From an uncultured virus (IMG/VR IMGVR_UViG_3300028114_000011) (Duplodnaviria > Heunggongvirae > Uroviricota > Caudoviricetes), in the IMG/VR virus record IMGVR_UViG_3300028114_000011, positions 1 to 64,000 of that record: a stretch of 64,000 nt of DNA; one strand, written 5' to 3'. Positions 18,479 to 26,478 of this stretch are shown here, one piece after another. The translations under genes were made by a program, and so were the position numbers. The notes under the pieces were generated by a model. The model was not told the DNA's origin. It made no database searches and was given only the letters and a program-made list of their open reading frames with translations. Each line of letters opens with the position of its first letter. The first letter of the stretch is position 1.

Positions 18479-20203
18479 TTATTGTGTTTTTCTATTATAT
18501 CCAATTAAACTTTTCATTTTTTCCATTTCGTTAATTACTTCACCACCGTTAACTGACTCTAATTTCATCATAATTTTATTAGCTCCTGACTCAGAACCAC
18601 TTTTGTCAGACACCACAGGTTGTGGAGATTTATTATATGCCTTTTTCTTTAACTTAGCTAAATAATTATTTTTACGTACTTTATCTCTCATATCATTTAC
18701 AGGAGTTTCAACAGCATTAGCCCACTTAGGGTTATTACCTGTTTCTGATGACCCTTTAAGGTATTTAGAAACTCTCTCTTCATTTGGTTCAAAAGAATCG
18801 TAATCTAAATTTTCTAAAGCCGCTGCAGTAAAGTTTGTAATATACTCATCAACAGCCTTAGATGGTACGTAAGCCATTTTATCCATTTTAGCAAGTTCTC
18901 CATTACCTTTGGGAAATCCTTTGGGTGACATTTCGTATTTACCTTTAGAACCTGTTTTAAGATAATCTTTCATTTTTTTAACAACACTATCAATATAATC
19001 CTCTTCTTGTTTTTTTGATTGTCCAAGTGAAGATTTTAAGTATGTATCCGCTTTAGTTAATTTTTTTCTTTTTTCTTCTAATACTATTGATTCAATCAAA
19101 CTAATCATTTCACTTTCTGTAAAAATTAATCTTGATTCTTCAACTTTAGCTTTACCTTTACCTGGCCAATCTTTTTTTGCTCTTTTAGCAAAATAAAGTT
19201 GTCCCATTTTTTCTCTACTTGAACTTGGTACTTTTTTACCTAACCTTTTTAATTCAGCGTTTCTTTTCTTCAATTTTTTAATTGCGGACTCTATTTCTTC
19301 AACAGACATATCGGCATACTCACCTGTTTGTTCTACTTCAACATCTCCTTTCCATTTTTCAGTAATGTAAGATTCTTCAACAGGATATGTTTTACCACCA
19401 ACTCTAAAAGTTTTATCACCTCTTTCACGTGCTGCGGATAATGCTCCTGAAAATGCATTACCTTCTTCAACATCTTCTTCTTCTAAATCTAATTCATATA
19501 AAGTTTCTTCAACTTCTTTTTTCATAGACCTTAGAGCTTTAAAATCTGCACCTGTAATTTTTCCGTATGGTTTAGCTTTATCAATGTTTCTTCTACCATC
19601 CGTAAAACCTTCGTAGTCATCTTCATCTAGTTTTTCACGATACTTAGTTTTGTATGATGGCATATCATCAGGAATTCTTAAATCATCTTCATCTTCCTCA
19701 TCATCACCATAGTATGGACTATACATACTTCGGTCTTTATAATCGTCGTCATGTGATGGAGCATTAAACCTTAAATCATCTTCATCTTCCTCATCATCAC
19801 CATAGTATGGACTATACATACTTCGGTCTTTATAATCGTCGTCATGTGATGGAGCATTAAACCTTAAATCATCTTTATCAAAATCATTACCTTTTCTATC
19901 TAAACTTAATTCAAAAGTTCTATCACCCATTAAATCGTCTTTTTCTTTTCTTGACATTCTTGATAAATTTTTATTACCAAATCTTGGGTGTCCATCTTCC
20001 ATACCTCCCAATTCCATCATTTCACCATATCCTCGGTTTCCACATTCACACATTCTTCCTTCGTACATTTTACCCCCACATTCTGAGCACATTTGTTTTT
20101 TCATATCTTTATTTTCAAATATTTTATTTTCAATATCAAAAATTCTTTTATCTATTTCTTCGGATATTAATTTTTTTGCGATATTTTTTATGTAATCGTC
20201 CAT
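18479..20203 (-). CDS. Charged low-complexity protein, possible head/core protein
   Basis: 574 aa with many I/L-x-E segments, a CxxC...CxC motif and a 31-aa tandem duplication; TATTTAT upstream. Confidence 0.6.
   Translation of the reverse strand: MDDYIKNIAKKLISEEIDKRIFDIENKIFENKDMKKQMCSECGGKMYEGRMCECGNRGYGEMMELGGMEDGHPRFGNKNLSRMSRKEKDDLMGDRTFELSLDRKGNDFDKDDLRFNAPSHDDDYKDRSMYSPYYGDDEEDEDDLRFNAPSHDDDYKDRSMYSPYYGDDEEDEDDLRIPDDMPSYKTKYREKLDEDDYEGFTDGRRNIDKAKPYGKITGADFKALRSMKKEVEETLYELDLEEEDVEEGNAFSGALSAARERGDKTFRVGGKTYPVEESYITEKWKGDVEVEQTGEYADMSVEEIESAIKKLKKRNAELKRLGKKVPSSSREKMGQLYFAKRAKKDWPGKGKAKVEESRLIFTESEMISLIESIVLEEKRKKLTKADTYLKSSLGQSKKQEEDYIDSVVKKMKDYLKTGSKGKYEMSPKGFPKGNGELAKMDKMAYVPSKAVDEYITNFTAAALENLDYDSFEPNEERVSKYLKGSSETGNNPKWANAVETPVNDMRDKVRKNNYLAKLKKKAYNKSPQPVVSDKSGSESGANKIMMKLESVNGGEVINEMEKMKSLIGYNRKTQ
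19677..19875. repeat. Perfect 93-bp tandem duplication (~2.1 copies)
   Basis: Unit starts at 19677, 19770 and (partial) 19863; encodes DDLRFNAPSHDDDYKDRSMYSPYYGDDEEDE twice. Confidence 0.95.
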
Positions 20204-20235
20204 ATTAATAAATATTAGGTATGAAGAAAAAAACC

Positions 20236-20805
20236 TTAAATATTATCAATAAGAATTTTTAATATTTCTTCTTCCGTTAAACCTGTTTTATATGACACGT
20301 TTAAAATTGCCTCTTTAAGTTTTGATTTTTTCTTTTTTGGAGTTTTTTTTGTTAGTTTCATACCAAAATCACCAGTCTTACTAAAATCCAATGAATTGAT
20401 ATCACCTTGGTTACAATATGGAAAAGTTTTACATTTTTCTTTTGGTTTTACAAACATACCTCCAGGTAGTTGTGTTTTTTTGGATGGACCCCAATTATTA
20501 AGGTTTTTAGCCAAAAAAGATGCCCCTTCAAAGGAACCTGAAGATGATGCACCGGTTGCTTCAGTTGCTTCAATTTTTTGAGCTTCGTCATCCTCTTCAT
20601 TAAAATTTATAGCCGGTGAAAAACTTCCAGCGGAACTTGCACCCATTCCTTCTTTTGGTTCTTTTTTAATTTTCTTATATTCTTTTTTTGCCTTCGTATC
20701 TTTAGAAAATAAACTAAATATAGGTCTACTTATCGTTGATGACTTTTCTTGTAGGATTTCTTTAAGTGCGTTTTCTATTAACTTTTCTGGGCTTATATTT
20801 CTCAT
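20236..20805 (-). CDS. Hypothetical protein
   Basis: 189 aa with repeated E-x-x-GASS-x-GSF and CKTFPYC motifs. Confidence 0.7.
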   Translation of the reverse strand: MRNISPEKLIENALKEILQEKSSTISRPIFSLFSKDTKAKKEYKKIKKEPKEGMGASSAGSFSPAINFNEEDDEAQKIEATEATGASSSGSFEGASFLAKNLNNWGPSKKTQLPGGMFVKPKEKCKTFPYCNQGDINSLDFSKTGDFGMKLTKKTPKKKKSKLKEAILNVSYKTGLTEEEILKILIDNI

Positions 20806-20807
20806 TA

Positions 20808-21059
20808 TTATAATTTTAAGTTTTTAATTGTTCCTCCCCACATACTTCTCTGTCTATAAAGTTCAAAGTAAAATTCAGTAAAAGCCTTTGCTATGTACTC
20901 AGTTATATCCCCTCTTAACTTTCCTTTTTTAATTTCTTTTTGGATTAAATCTATCATTTGATTTTCAAACTGTTTTAATGTACTTGAATTAAAAAAGTTT
21001 TGTATCTCTTTTTTTACTATTCTTTCAACTTCTTTTTTATCTGTTTGTGAAAGTGCCAT
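20808..21059 (-). CDS. Hypothetical protein
   Basis: 83-aa ORF. Confidence 0.65.
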   Translation of the reverse strand: MALSQTDKKEVERIVKKEIQNFFNSSTLKQFENQMIDLIQKEIKKGKLRGDITEYIAKAFTEFYFELYRQRSMWGGTIKNLKL

Positions 21060-21475
21060 TACTTCATTATGCTAAATACAGTTAATGTTGTAATAAGAAC
21101 ACCACTAATAATTTGTGTCATTGTATTTTTAACTTTTAATTTTTTAACTTCCTTTCTTAAATCATCGTTTTGGTCAGAAATGATTTTAAATTTTTCTTCA
21201 GTTTTATTAACTATTTCACTACTTAATGAATCTTTTTCTTTCCAAGTTGCAATAGTTTTATCTAAAAAATATATTTTATTATTTAATTGTTTGATTTCTT
21301 CTTTATCCAACTTAGATAGTTCTTTTAGTTTATCGTATTCATTAAGGTCTAACAACATTTTTTGTGCAACACCATAAGGAATACATAATTCTGACGTATC
21401 CACTGGTTTTATTTTTTGAGTTAGTCCAACAAAACTAAATAACAATATTATGGTGAGTAAAATAATTTTTTTCAT
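21059..21475 (-). CDS. Signal-peptide coiled-coil protein with C-terminal TM (spanin-like candidate)
   Basis: N-terminal signal peptide, coiled coil, C-terminal hydrophobic helix. Confidence 0.5.
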   Translation of the reverse strand: MKKIILLTIILLFSFVGLTQKIKPVDTSELCIPYGVAQKMLLDLNEYDKLKELSKLDKEEIKQLNNKIYFLDKTIATWKEKDSLSSEIVNKTEEKFKIISDQNDDLRKEVKKLKVKNTMTQIISGVLITTLTVFSIMK

Positions 21476-21478
21476 AAT

Positions 21479-21829
21479 TTAAAAGTTATATCTTTTTCTT
21501 AACAGACTATCTATTTGTTTTTTGTCTGCATTTTTTATTTCTTCTTTTTTCTGAGTGTAATAATTATTTACCTCTTTTTTCTCAACTTTAATGTTAGATA
21601 TTTTGTCATCAATTTTATCTATTTTTTGTTGATATACATTAAGTGAGTCATTCAAACTTTTTTGAAGGTTTTTTAATTCTTCAATTTTTTTATTTAATTG
21701 GTCTATTTTATACTTGTCAAGTTCTGACATTTGAGGTTTTGGTGTTGCCAAATAAACTATTAGATATAAAATTAAAATTGAAGCTATAATCCCAACAATC
21801 CATTTCCAATATTTTTTTATATATTCCAT
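21479..21829 (-). CDS. N-terminal TM plus coiled-coil protein (i-spanin-like candidate); probable start MEYIKK
   Basis: WIVGIIASILILYLIVYL TM segment followed by heptad repeats. Confidence 0.5.
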   Translation of the reverse strand: MEYIKKYWKWIVGIIASILILYLIVYLATPKPQMSELDKYKIDQLNKKIEELKNLQKSLNDSLNVYQQKIDKIDDKISNIKVEKKEVNNYYTQKKEEIKNADKKQIDSLLRKRYNF

Positions 21830-21830
21830 A

Positions 21831-22364
21831 TTACTCCTCTTCTGTAAATTTAGTTTTCTTTCTTGTTGAAATAATTTTAGCCCATTTGCTTTTAAACTTT
21901 TCAAAAAATGATTTTAATTTATTTGTCAATTCAACTAGTTGTTCGTCAAGTTGTATCATATCTCCATTTATATAAACACCGTTGTTTTCTCCAATTGAAT
22001 AGAAAAACTCAATGTCGGCATCTACAATTTTACCACTCCACTGAACAGAGTTACTATATACATTTAAAACTCCAAAGTCAGAAAGGTCTGAAACTTCATT
22101 AACAAACTCTTCCATAGTTTCTTGGTACGACTGTTTTTCATCACTTGTCAATTCCAAATCTTTTTTGTCTTTTCCGTGAAGAGTTAAAAGTCCACCTGAA
22201 ATTCTGTAAGTTTTACTTTTATCTTTTTTGACTTTATCAACATCAATTTCTTGGTCTTGTTCAATATTGTCTTCAATACTTTTTGCCAAATTAACAGGCC
22301 CTGTTTGTTCTTGCAAAAGTCTAGACTTTTTCAACAACATTTTTATTTCATCATATTGGTTCAT
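21831..22364 (-). CDS. Hypothetical protein
   Basis: 177-aa ORF. Confidence 0.7.
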   Translation of the reverse strand: MNQYDEIKMLLKKSRLLQEQTGPVNLAKSIEDNIEQDQEIDVDKVKKDKSKTYRISGGLLTLHGKDKKDLELTSDEKQSYQETMEEFVNEVSDLSDFGVLNVYSNSVQWSGKIVDADIEFFYSIGENNGVYINGDMIQLDEQLVELTNKLKSFFEKFKSKWAKIISTRKKTKFTEEE

Positions 22365-22959
22365 ATTCGTTTAATAATTTTTCAAATTTTTTAAAATCAA
22401 AAGAAGGGTTTATATCCTTACAGTTTGATATGTGATTACTTTTAGTTGTAATTCCATTAAAGTTTTCAACACCAGGTATTTTAACATTTGTACCCGTTGT
22501 TTGTTTTTTAATGTTAAAATCATCACATAACACATGTGTTAATAAAACCAAACTTTCAATTTGTTTTTGACTATAGCTGTCCCAAAAAAATTGTTCCCTC
22601 CATTTTTTTTCAAAAACTTTCTCTTTATAAATATCACCTATCCAGTTTAAGTGGTGTTGTTCTATTGGTATTTTTTTTAACCAAGTAAGATTCTCCAATA
22701 CAATTACTATTGAGTTCTTATCCAAACTTTCATCCCTCATATATTTTGAGTATTTGTTAGGTTCTGAAACCATAAAAATTTCACCATTTTTGTTAATAAC
22801 ATAGTTTGGTAGATATGGATTGTTTTTATTATATCTATTAATAAGTGATTGTATATAATTTTTGTAAGGCCTTTTGGTATCGGCCAATATAATTTGACTT
22901 TTTTTGTCGTTTTTGGACAGGTCTTTATATTCTATTAATTTTGAAATTTCCTGTATCAT
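22351..22959 (-). CDS. N-acetylmuramoyl-L-alanine amidase (Amidase_2)-like protein, catalytic His apparently lost
   Basis: QIILADT, PNYVINKNGEI, NSIVIVLEN, YSQKQIESLVLL, KDINPSFDF follow the Amidase_2 layout. Confidence 0.65.
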   Translation of the reverse strand: MIQEISKLIEYKDLSKNDKKSQIILADTKRPYKNYIQSLINRYNKNNPYLPNYVINKNGEIFMVSEPNKYSKYMRDESLDKNSIVIVLENLTWLKKIPIEQHHLNWIGDIYKEKVFEKKWREQFFWDSYSQKQIESLVLLTHVLCDDFNIKKQTTGTNVKIPGVENFNGITTKSNHISNCKDINPSFDFKKFEKLLNEYEPI

Positions 22960-24136
22960 TTTTTGTGTATGAAAGTCTTCTGTTAATTACAGGTTCTATT
23001 GGTTGTATAACTTCTTGTATGGTTTCAGTTTCAACATCTTTTTTGGGTTGTTCAATAACTTCTTCAACTATAATTTTATTTTCAACGGTATCTGGTTCAT
23101 ATTCATCAACAATACCATAAATGTCATCTTCATTAATGATTTCATCATTTTCTATTGATTCTTCATTTGTTTCGTAAACATTTTCATATAAATAATCAAT
23201 ATTTTCATCGTAGTCATCTTCGTAGATGTCTTCGTCCATAAAGTCTATGTGTTCTTCAAAAGGGTCATTTATATCCTCTTGAACTTGATGTGTTTCTTCT
23301 TTAACTTGGGGGGTAACTTGGGGGGTATCCTCTTCTTTTCTTTTTGCTTTAAACGCTTGATTTGTTGCAATTACTAACGTTATTGCCAATGGGTCAAACA
23401 CAAAGATTAAAATTAGAATGAACAGATTTGCCGTTTTTTTAATATCCCAATCTAATAACTCACTCATATATTTAATTGTTCCAAGTTCGTTACCTGATAT
23501 TTCTTCAGATTCTAAATTTAACACATCTATATCCAACTTTGTAATACTGTCATTTAATGATTCTATTTTCTTTGACAATATGTCCCTATTTTGTTGGGCA
23601 ACTTTTAATTGGTCCTCAAACGCTCTTCTATTACCTGTGTTAGCGCTTGTAATAACTTGTCCTGATGTTCTATCAATAGATTGGGTGGTTGTGTTTGTTG
23701 ATAGTGCGTTTCTTAAATTTGTAATGTCTTTATCTAATACTGACTTTTCGGTTTGGTGTTCTTTTTTTATTTCTTCAAACCTTTCTTTTTTTACCTCAAT
23801 GTTTTTAATCTTTTTATTATTGATTTCTAATTTTGCAATGTTTGAAGAAAACCCCGTACTTAAAAGTCCATAAATTCCTAAAGATGTGATAATTGATAAG
23901 GTTATAAGAGCTATTGTCATATATATTTTTAAACCCCCATAAGTTTCTTTCCAATTGTCGTGAAGATAAGTGGCAATTGCAATTTTAGATAATTCCAAAA
24001 ATGACCCCATAATAATCACAGGAATGGCAACACCAATAAAAACAACTGATAACCCAACAACACTATAATACGCAGCGGTCCCTGATAATCCAATAGCACA
24101 AAATAGTAAAAACCAAGGTAACATTTTATCTTTCAT
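22925..24136 (-). CDS. Multi-pass membrane protein with coiled coil and acidic tail
   Basis: Three N-terminal TMs, coiled coil, LILIFVFDPLAITLVIA TM. Confidence 0.75.
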   Translation of the reverse strand: MKDKMLPWFLLFCAIGLSGTAAYYSVVGLSVVFIGVAIPVIIMGSFLELSKIAIATYLHDNWKETYGGLKIYMTIALITLSIITSLGIYGLLSTGFSSNIAKLEINNKKIKNIEVKKERFEEIKKEHQTEKSVLDKDITNLRNALSTNTTTQSIDRTSGQVITSANTGNRRAFEDQLKVAQQNRDILSKKIESLNDSITKLDIDVLNLESEEISGNELGTIKYMSELLDWDIKKTANLFILILIFVFDPLAITLVIATNQAFKAKRKEEDTPQVTPQVKEETHQVQEDINDPFEEHIDFMDEDIYEDDYDENIDYLYENVYETNEESIENDEIINEDDIYGIVDEYEPDTVENKIIVEEVIEQPKKDVETETIQEVIQPIEPVINRRLSYTKNDTGNFKINRI

Positions 24137-24171
24137 AACATCAACTATAATAGATAAATACTAAAGATAAA

Positions 24172-24302
24172 TAAAAACCCCCATTGGTACCGTGGGAGTA
24201 GTGTGGTTTCATTCTATCATTTATGTAGAATTGAGGATTTTCACCCAAGGAGCTTCGTGTCCCATTCCGCCGAGTTGTGTGGGTAATCTCGGTTCAACCC
24301 AT
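24172..24302 (-). ncRNA. Candidate structured RNA element B
   Basis: GC-richer intergenic segment with CCGAG/CTCGG stem, AAAATCCTCAA motif and a terminal hairpin plus U run. Confidence 0.4.
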
Positions 24303-24305
24303 ATT

Positions 24306-24842
24306 TTAGATATGTATCACAATATAATTATCAATACTTTTTTGTTCAACTCTCACTCTTTCTGCATTATCTTCTTGTCTTTTAGTTTTCAAAAATTGAC
24401 CATCTTTAGAAAAGGCTGAAGTGATGATATTAAAAAAATTACCATCTTTATGTAATAAAACTTCAATATAATCAAAGTTTTCTTCATCTTCATTGTTTTT
24501 TCTTTTGTGAACAAAAATGATTTTGTTATTTTTTGGTTGTTCGTTCTCAAATGCTCCATATATTTTGTCAACATTATCACTGAAAAAATTTTTAATCATT
24601 GTATCAGGAACCGCAAATCTTGGTGGTTGTCTAAACTTCGATTTATTGGTATATAAAAAATCGTTGTATTTATCAACTATGTCTTTATATGTTTCATTTC
24701 CATGTCTTTCATTTCTTTGATGATAAGTCGATTTCAACTGTATAAGCCTATCGTTTGAAATTGTAGAAAATATTGTAGTACCTCTAGGTTTATTATTTTC
24801 CTCGTTTAAAATAATATTCTTTAATGTAAGTAATAGTTTCAT
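24306..24842 (-). CDS. Hypothetical protein (probable start MKLLLTLKNIILNEE)
   Basis: ORF 24306..24878; TATTTAT at 24848-24854 just before the ATG at 24842. Confidence 0.7.
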   Translation of the reverse strand: MKLLLTLKNIILNEENNKPRGTTIFSTISNDRLIQLKSTYHQRNERHGNETYKDIVDKYNDFLYTNKSKFRQPPRFAVPDTMIKNFFSDNVDKIYGAFENEQPKNNKIIFVHKRKNNEDEENFDYIEVLLHKDGNFFNIITSAFSKDGQFLKTKRQEDNAERVRVEQKSIDNYIVIHI

Positions 24843-24855
24843 ACTATATAAATAC

Positions 24856-25001
24856 AAAAAGGGTGAGAAAAAACTCACCCTTTAATTTTTCAGTACGACT
24901 TGAGGATTTTAAACCCGACACACTAACCGCGGTGTCCCGACGACTTACGACCCCAGAAGTAAGCTTCCCGACAAACTTGAGGATATATCTCGTCGTTTGT
25001 G
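24856..25001 (-). ncRNA. Candidate sRNA A (~145 nt)
   Basis: Own promoter TTGGCA-N17-TATCTTTG (25005-25035); terminator AAAGGGTGAG/CTCACCCTTT; repeated ATCCTCAAG and GTCGGG motifs; no ATG-started ORF within the transcript. Confidence 0.55.
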
Positions 25002-25043
25002 ATACAAAGATAATATAAAAGTTGACATCTGCCAAACTTTTTA

Positions 25044-25859
25044 TCATAAATATTCAAATAAATCTGAACATTCATTTCTAAGTTTACGAAGAGCTTTTTC
25101 TTTGATTTGTCTAACTCTTTCTTTTGTTAGATTAAAATCCGAGCCAATATCTTCCAAAGTTCTTGGTGTTCCTGAAATACCGTAATAATCTTCAACAATT
25201 ACCTTTTCTCTTGAATCCAAAACTGACATTATTTCATTCATTTTTTGTTTCAAGGTATCTTGTGTTGAAAATACTTCATCAGGTAATGACGCTCCATCAT
25301 TTTTAATTACATCAATCAAAGTATCACCATCTTCGTTAATATGCATGTCCAAATCAACAATCTTTGGAAGGGATGCAAATTTAGCAGATAATTCACCATT
25401 TGTTTTTTCCAATTCTTTTTTCTCTTTGTGCATATCCTGAACAACATTGACCGGGAGTCTAATTGTTCTTGAGTTATCATTTAAAGATTGTAGAATTGAT
25501 TGTTTAATCCACCAAACCGCATATGAAATGAAACGGTTATTTTTGGTCCAATCAAAATTCTTGATTGCCTTTAATAGCCCATAATTACCTTCAGCAATCA
25601 AATCAGATAAATCAATTCCTTGATTTTGATATTGTTTTGCAACGGTAATAACAAAACGTAAATTACCTTCCAAAAGTTCTTTATAGATAAGTTCTTTTTC
25701 TCTTTCTGTACAATCCCCATCTGTAATTTTTTTTGAAAGTATCTTTTCCCTTTCAGGTGTCATTACTTTTAATTTTCGGATGTCTTTTAAGTACAGTTGA
25801 ATTTCGTCTTGGTTAATTGGGTTTGTTGATTTAATTTCCTCGGTCTTCTCTTTTTCCAT
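25044..25859 (-). CDS. RNA polymerase sigma-70 factor, RpoD/SigA-like (no region 1.1)
   Basis: GNLRFVITVAKQYQNQG, FISYAVWWIKQSI, RTIRLPVN and the LTKERVRQIKEKALRKL HTH. Confidence 0.93.
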   Translation of the reverse strand: MEKEKTEEIKSTNPINQDEIQLYLKDIRKLKVMTPEREKILSKKITDGDCTEREKELIYKELLEGNLRFVITVAKQYQNQGIDLSDLIAEGNYGLLKAIKNFDWTKNNRFISYAVWWIKQSILQSLNDNSRTIRLPVNVVQDMHKEKKELEKTNGELSAKFASLPKIVDLDMHINEDGDTLIDVIKNDGASLPDEVFSTQDTLKQKMNEIMSVLDSREKVIVEDYYGISGTPRTLEDIGSDFNLTKERVRQIKEKALRKLRNECSDLFEYL

Positions 25860-26421
25860 AATTGTCTAATATTTGTTTTTCTTCCTCTGTTAATGACTCT
25901 ATCCCTTCTTCTGATATTTTATCCAAAATTTGGTCCACAGTCGGTTTCTCTTTTTTTTCTTCTCTGTTAAATGGGAATTTAATTTCACCTTCTGTTAATG
26001 GAAAAATAAATTCCATCATCCCACTTATTCTTTTCTTTTTTTCTTCTGTTAAATCATCTTTACTTACTCCTTTAGTTTTTGTTGGTTTTTTTACTCCGTC
26101 TATATTTAAAAAATCTCTCTTCAATTTTTGTTCCATTTTAATGTCAATGTTTGATGTCACTTCCATTAAAAAATATTGCTCAACAATTTCATTCATACAC
26201 ATATCAACATACTCTTTCAAATCTTGAAATGTTTCTTTGGTTCTAAAGTTAATAACCATACCAAACTCACCATAGTTGAACTTCATAAATTTGGAGCTCA
26301 CAACGGTAATTAATTGATATGATACGTCATTTACGAAGGTTTCGTTGTCTGCAAAATCACCAAACATAAATAACATATATTGTTTTCCTTCTGACTCCAT
26401 TTCTGTTTTCTTCTTTCTCAT
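25831..26421 (-). CDS. Hypothetical protein with C-terminal DUF6576-like motif
   Basis: VDQILDKISEEGIESLTEEEKQIL. Confidence 0.7.
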   Translation of the reverse strand: MRKKKTEMESEGKQYMLFMFGDFADNETFVNDVSYQLITVVSSKFMKFNYGEFGMVINFRTKETFQDLKEYVDMCMNEIVEQYFLMEVTSNIDIKMEQKLKRDFLNIDGVKKPTKTKGVSKDDLTEEKKKRISGMMEFIFPLTEGEIKFPFNREEKKEKPTVDQILDKISEEGIESLTEEEKQILDNYGKREDRGN

Positions 26422-26478
26422 AAATATCTTTTGGTGTGGTTTCTAATTGTTCTACAAACTTAATTAAACTAAGTCCAT

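Noticed and set aside
19677..19875. CRISPR-like repeat
   Set aside because: Contiguous in-frame tandem duplication with no spacers
24276..24302. tRNA suggested by GGTTCAA (and GGTTCG at 305)
   Set aside because: No cloverleaf or acceptor stem can be built around either site
24844..25047. 67-aa ORF
   Set aside because: Spans a promoter and a terminator; better explained as an sRNA locus
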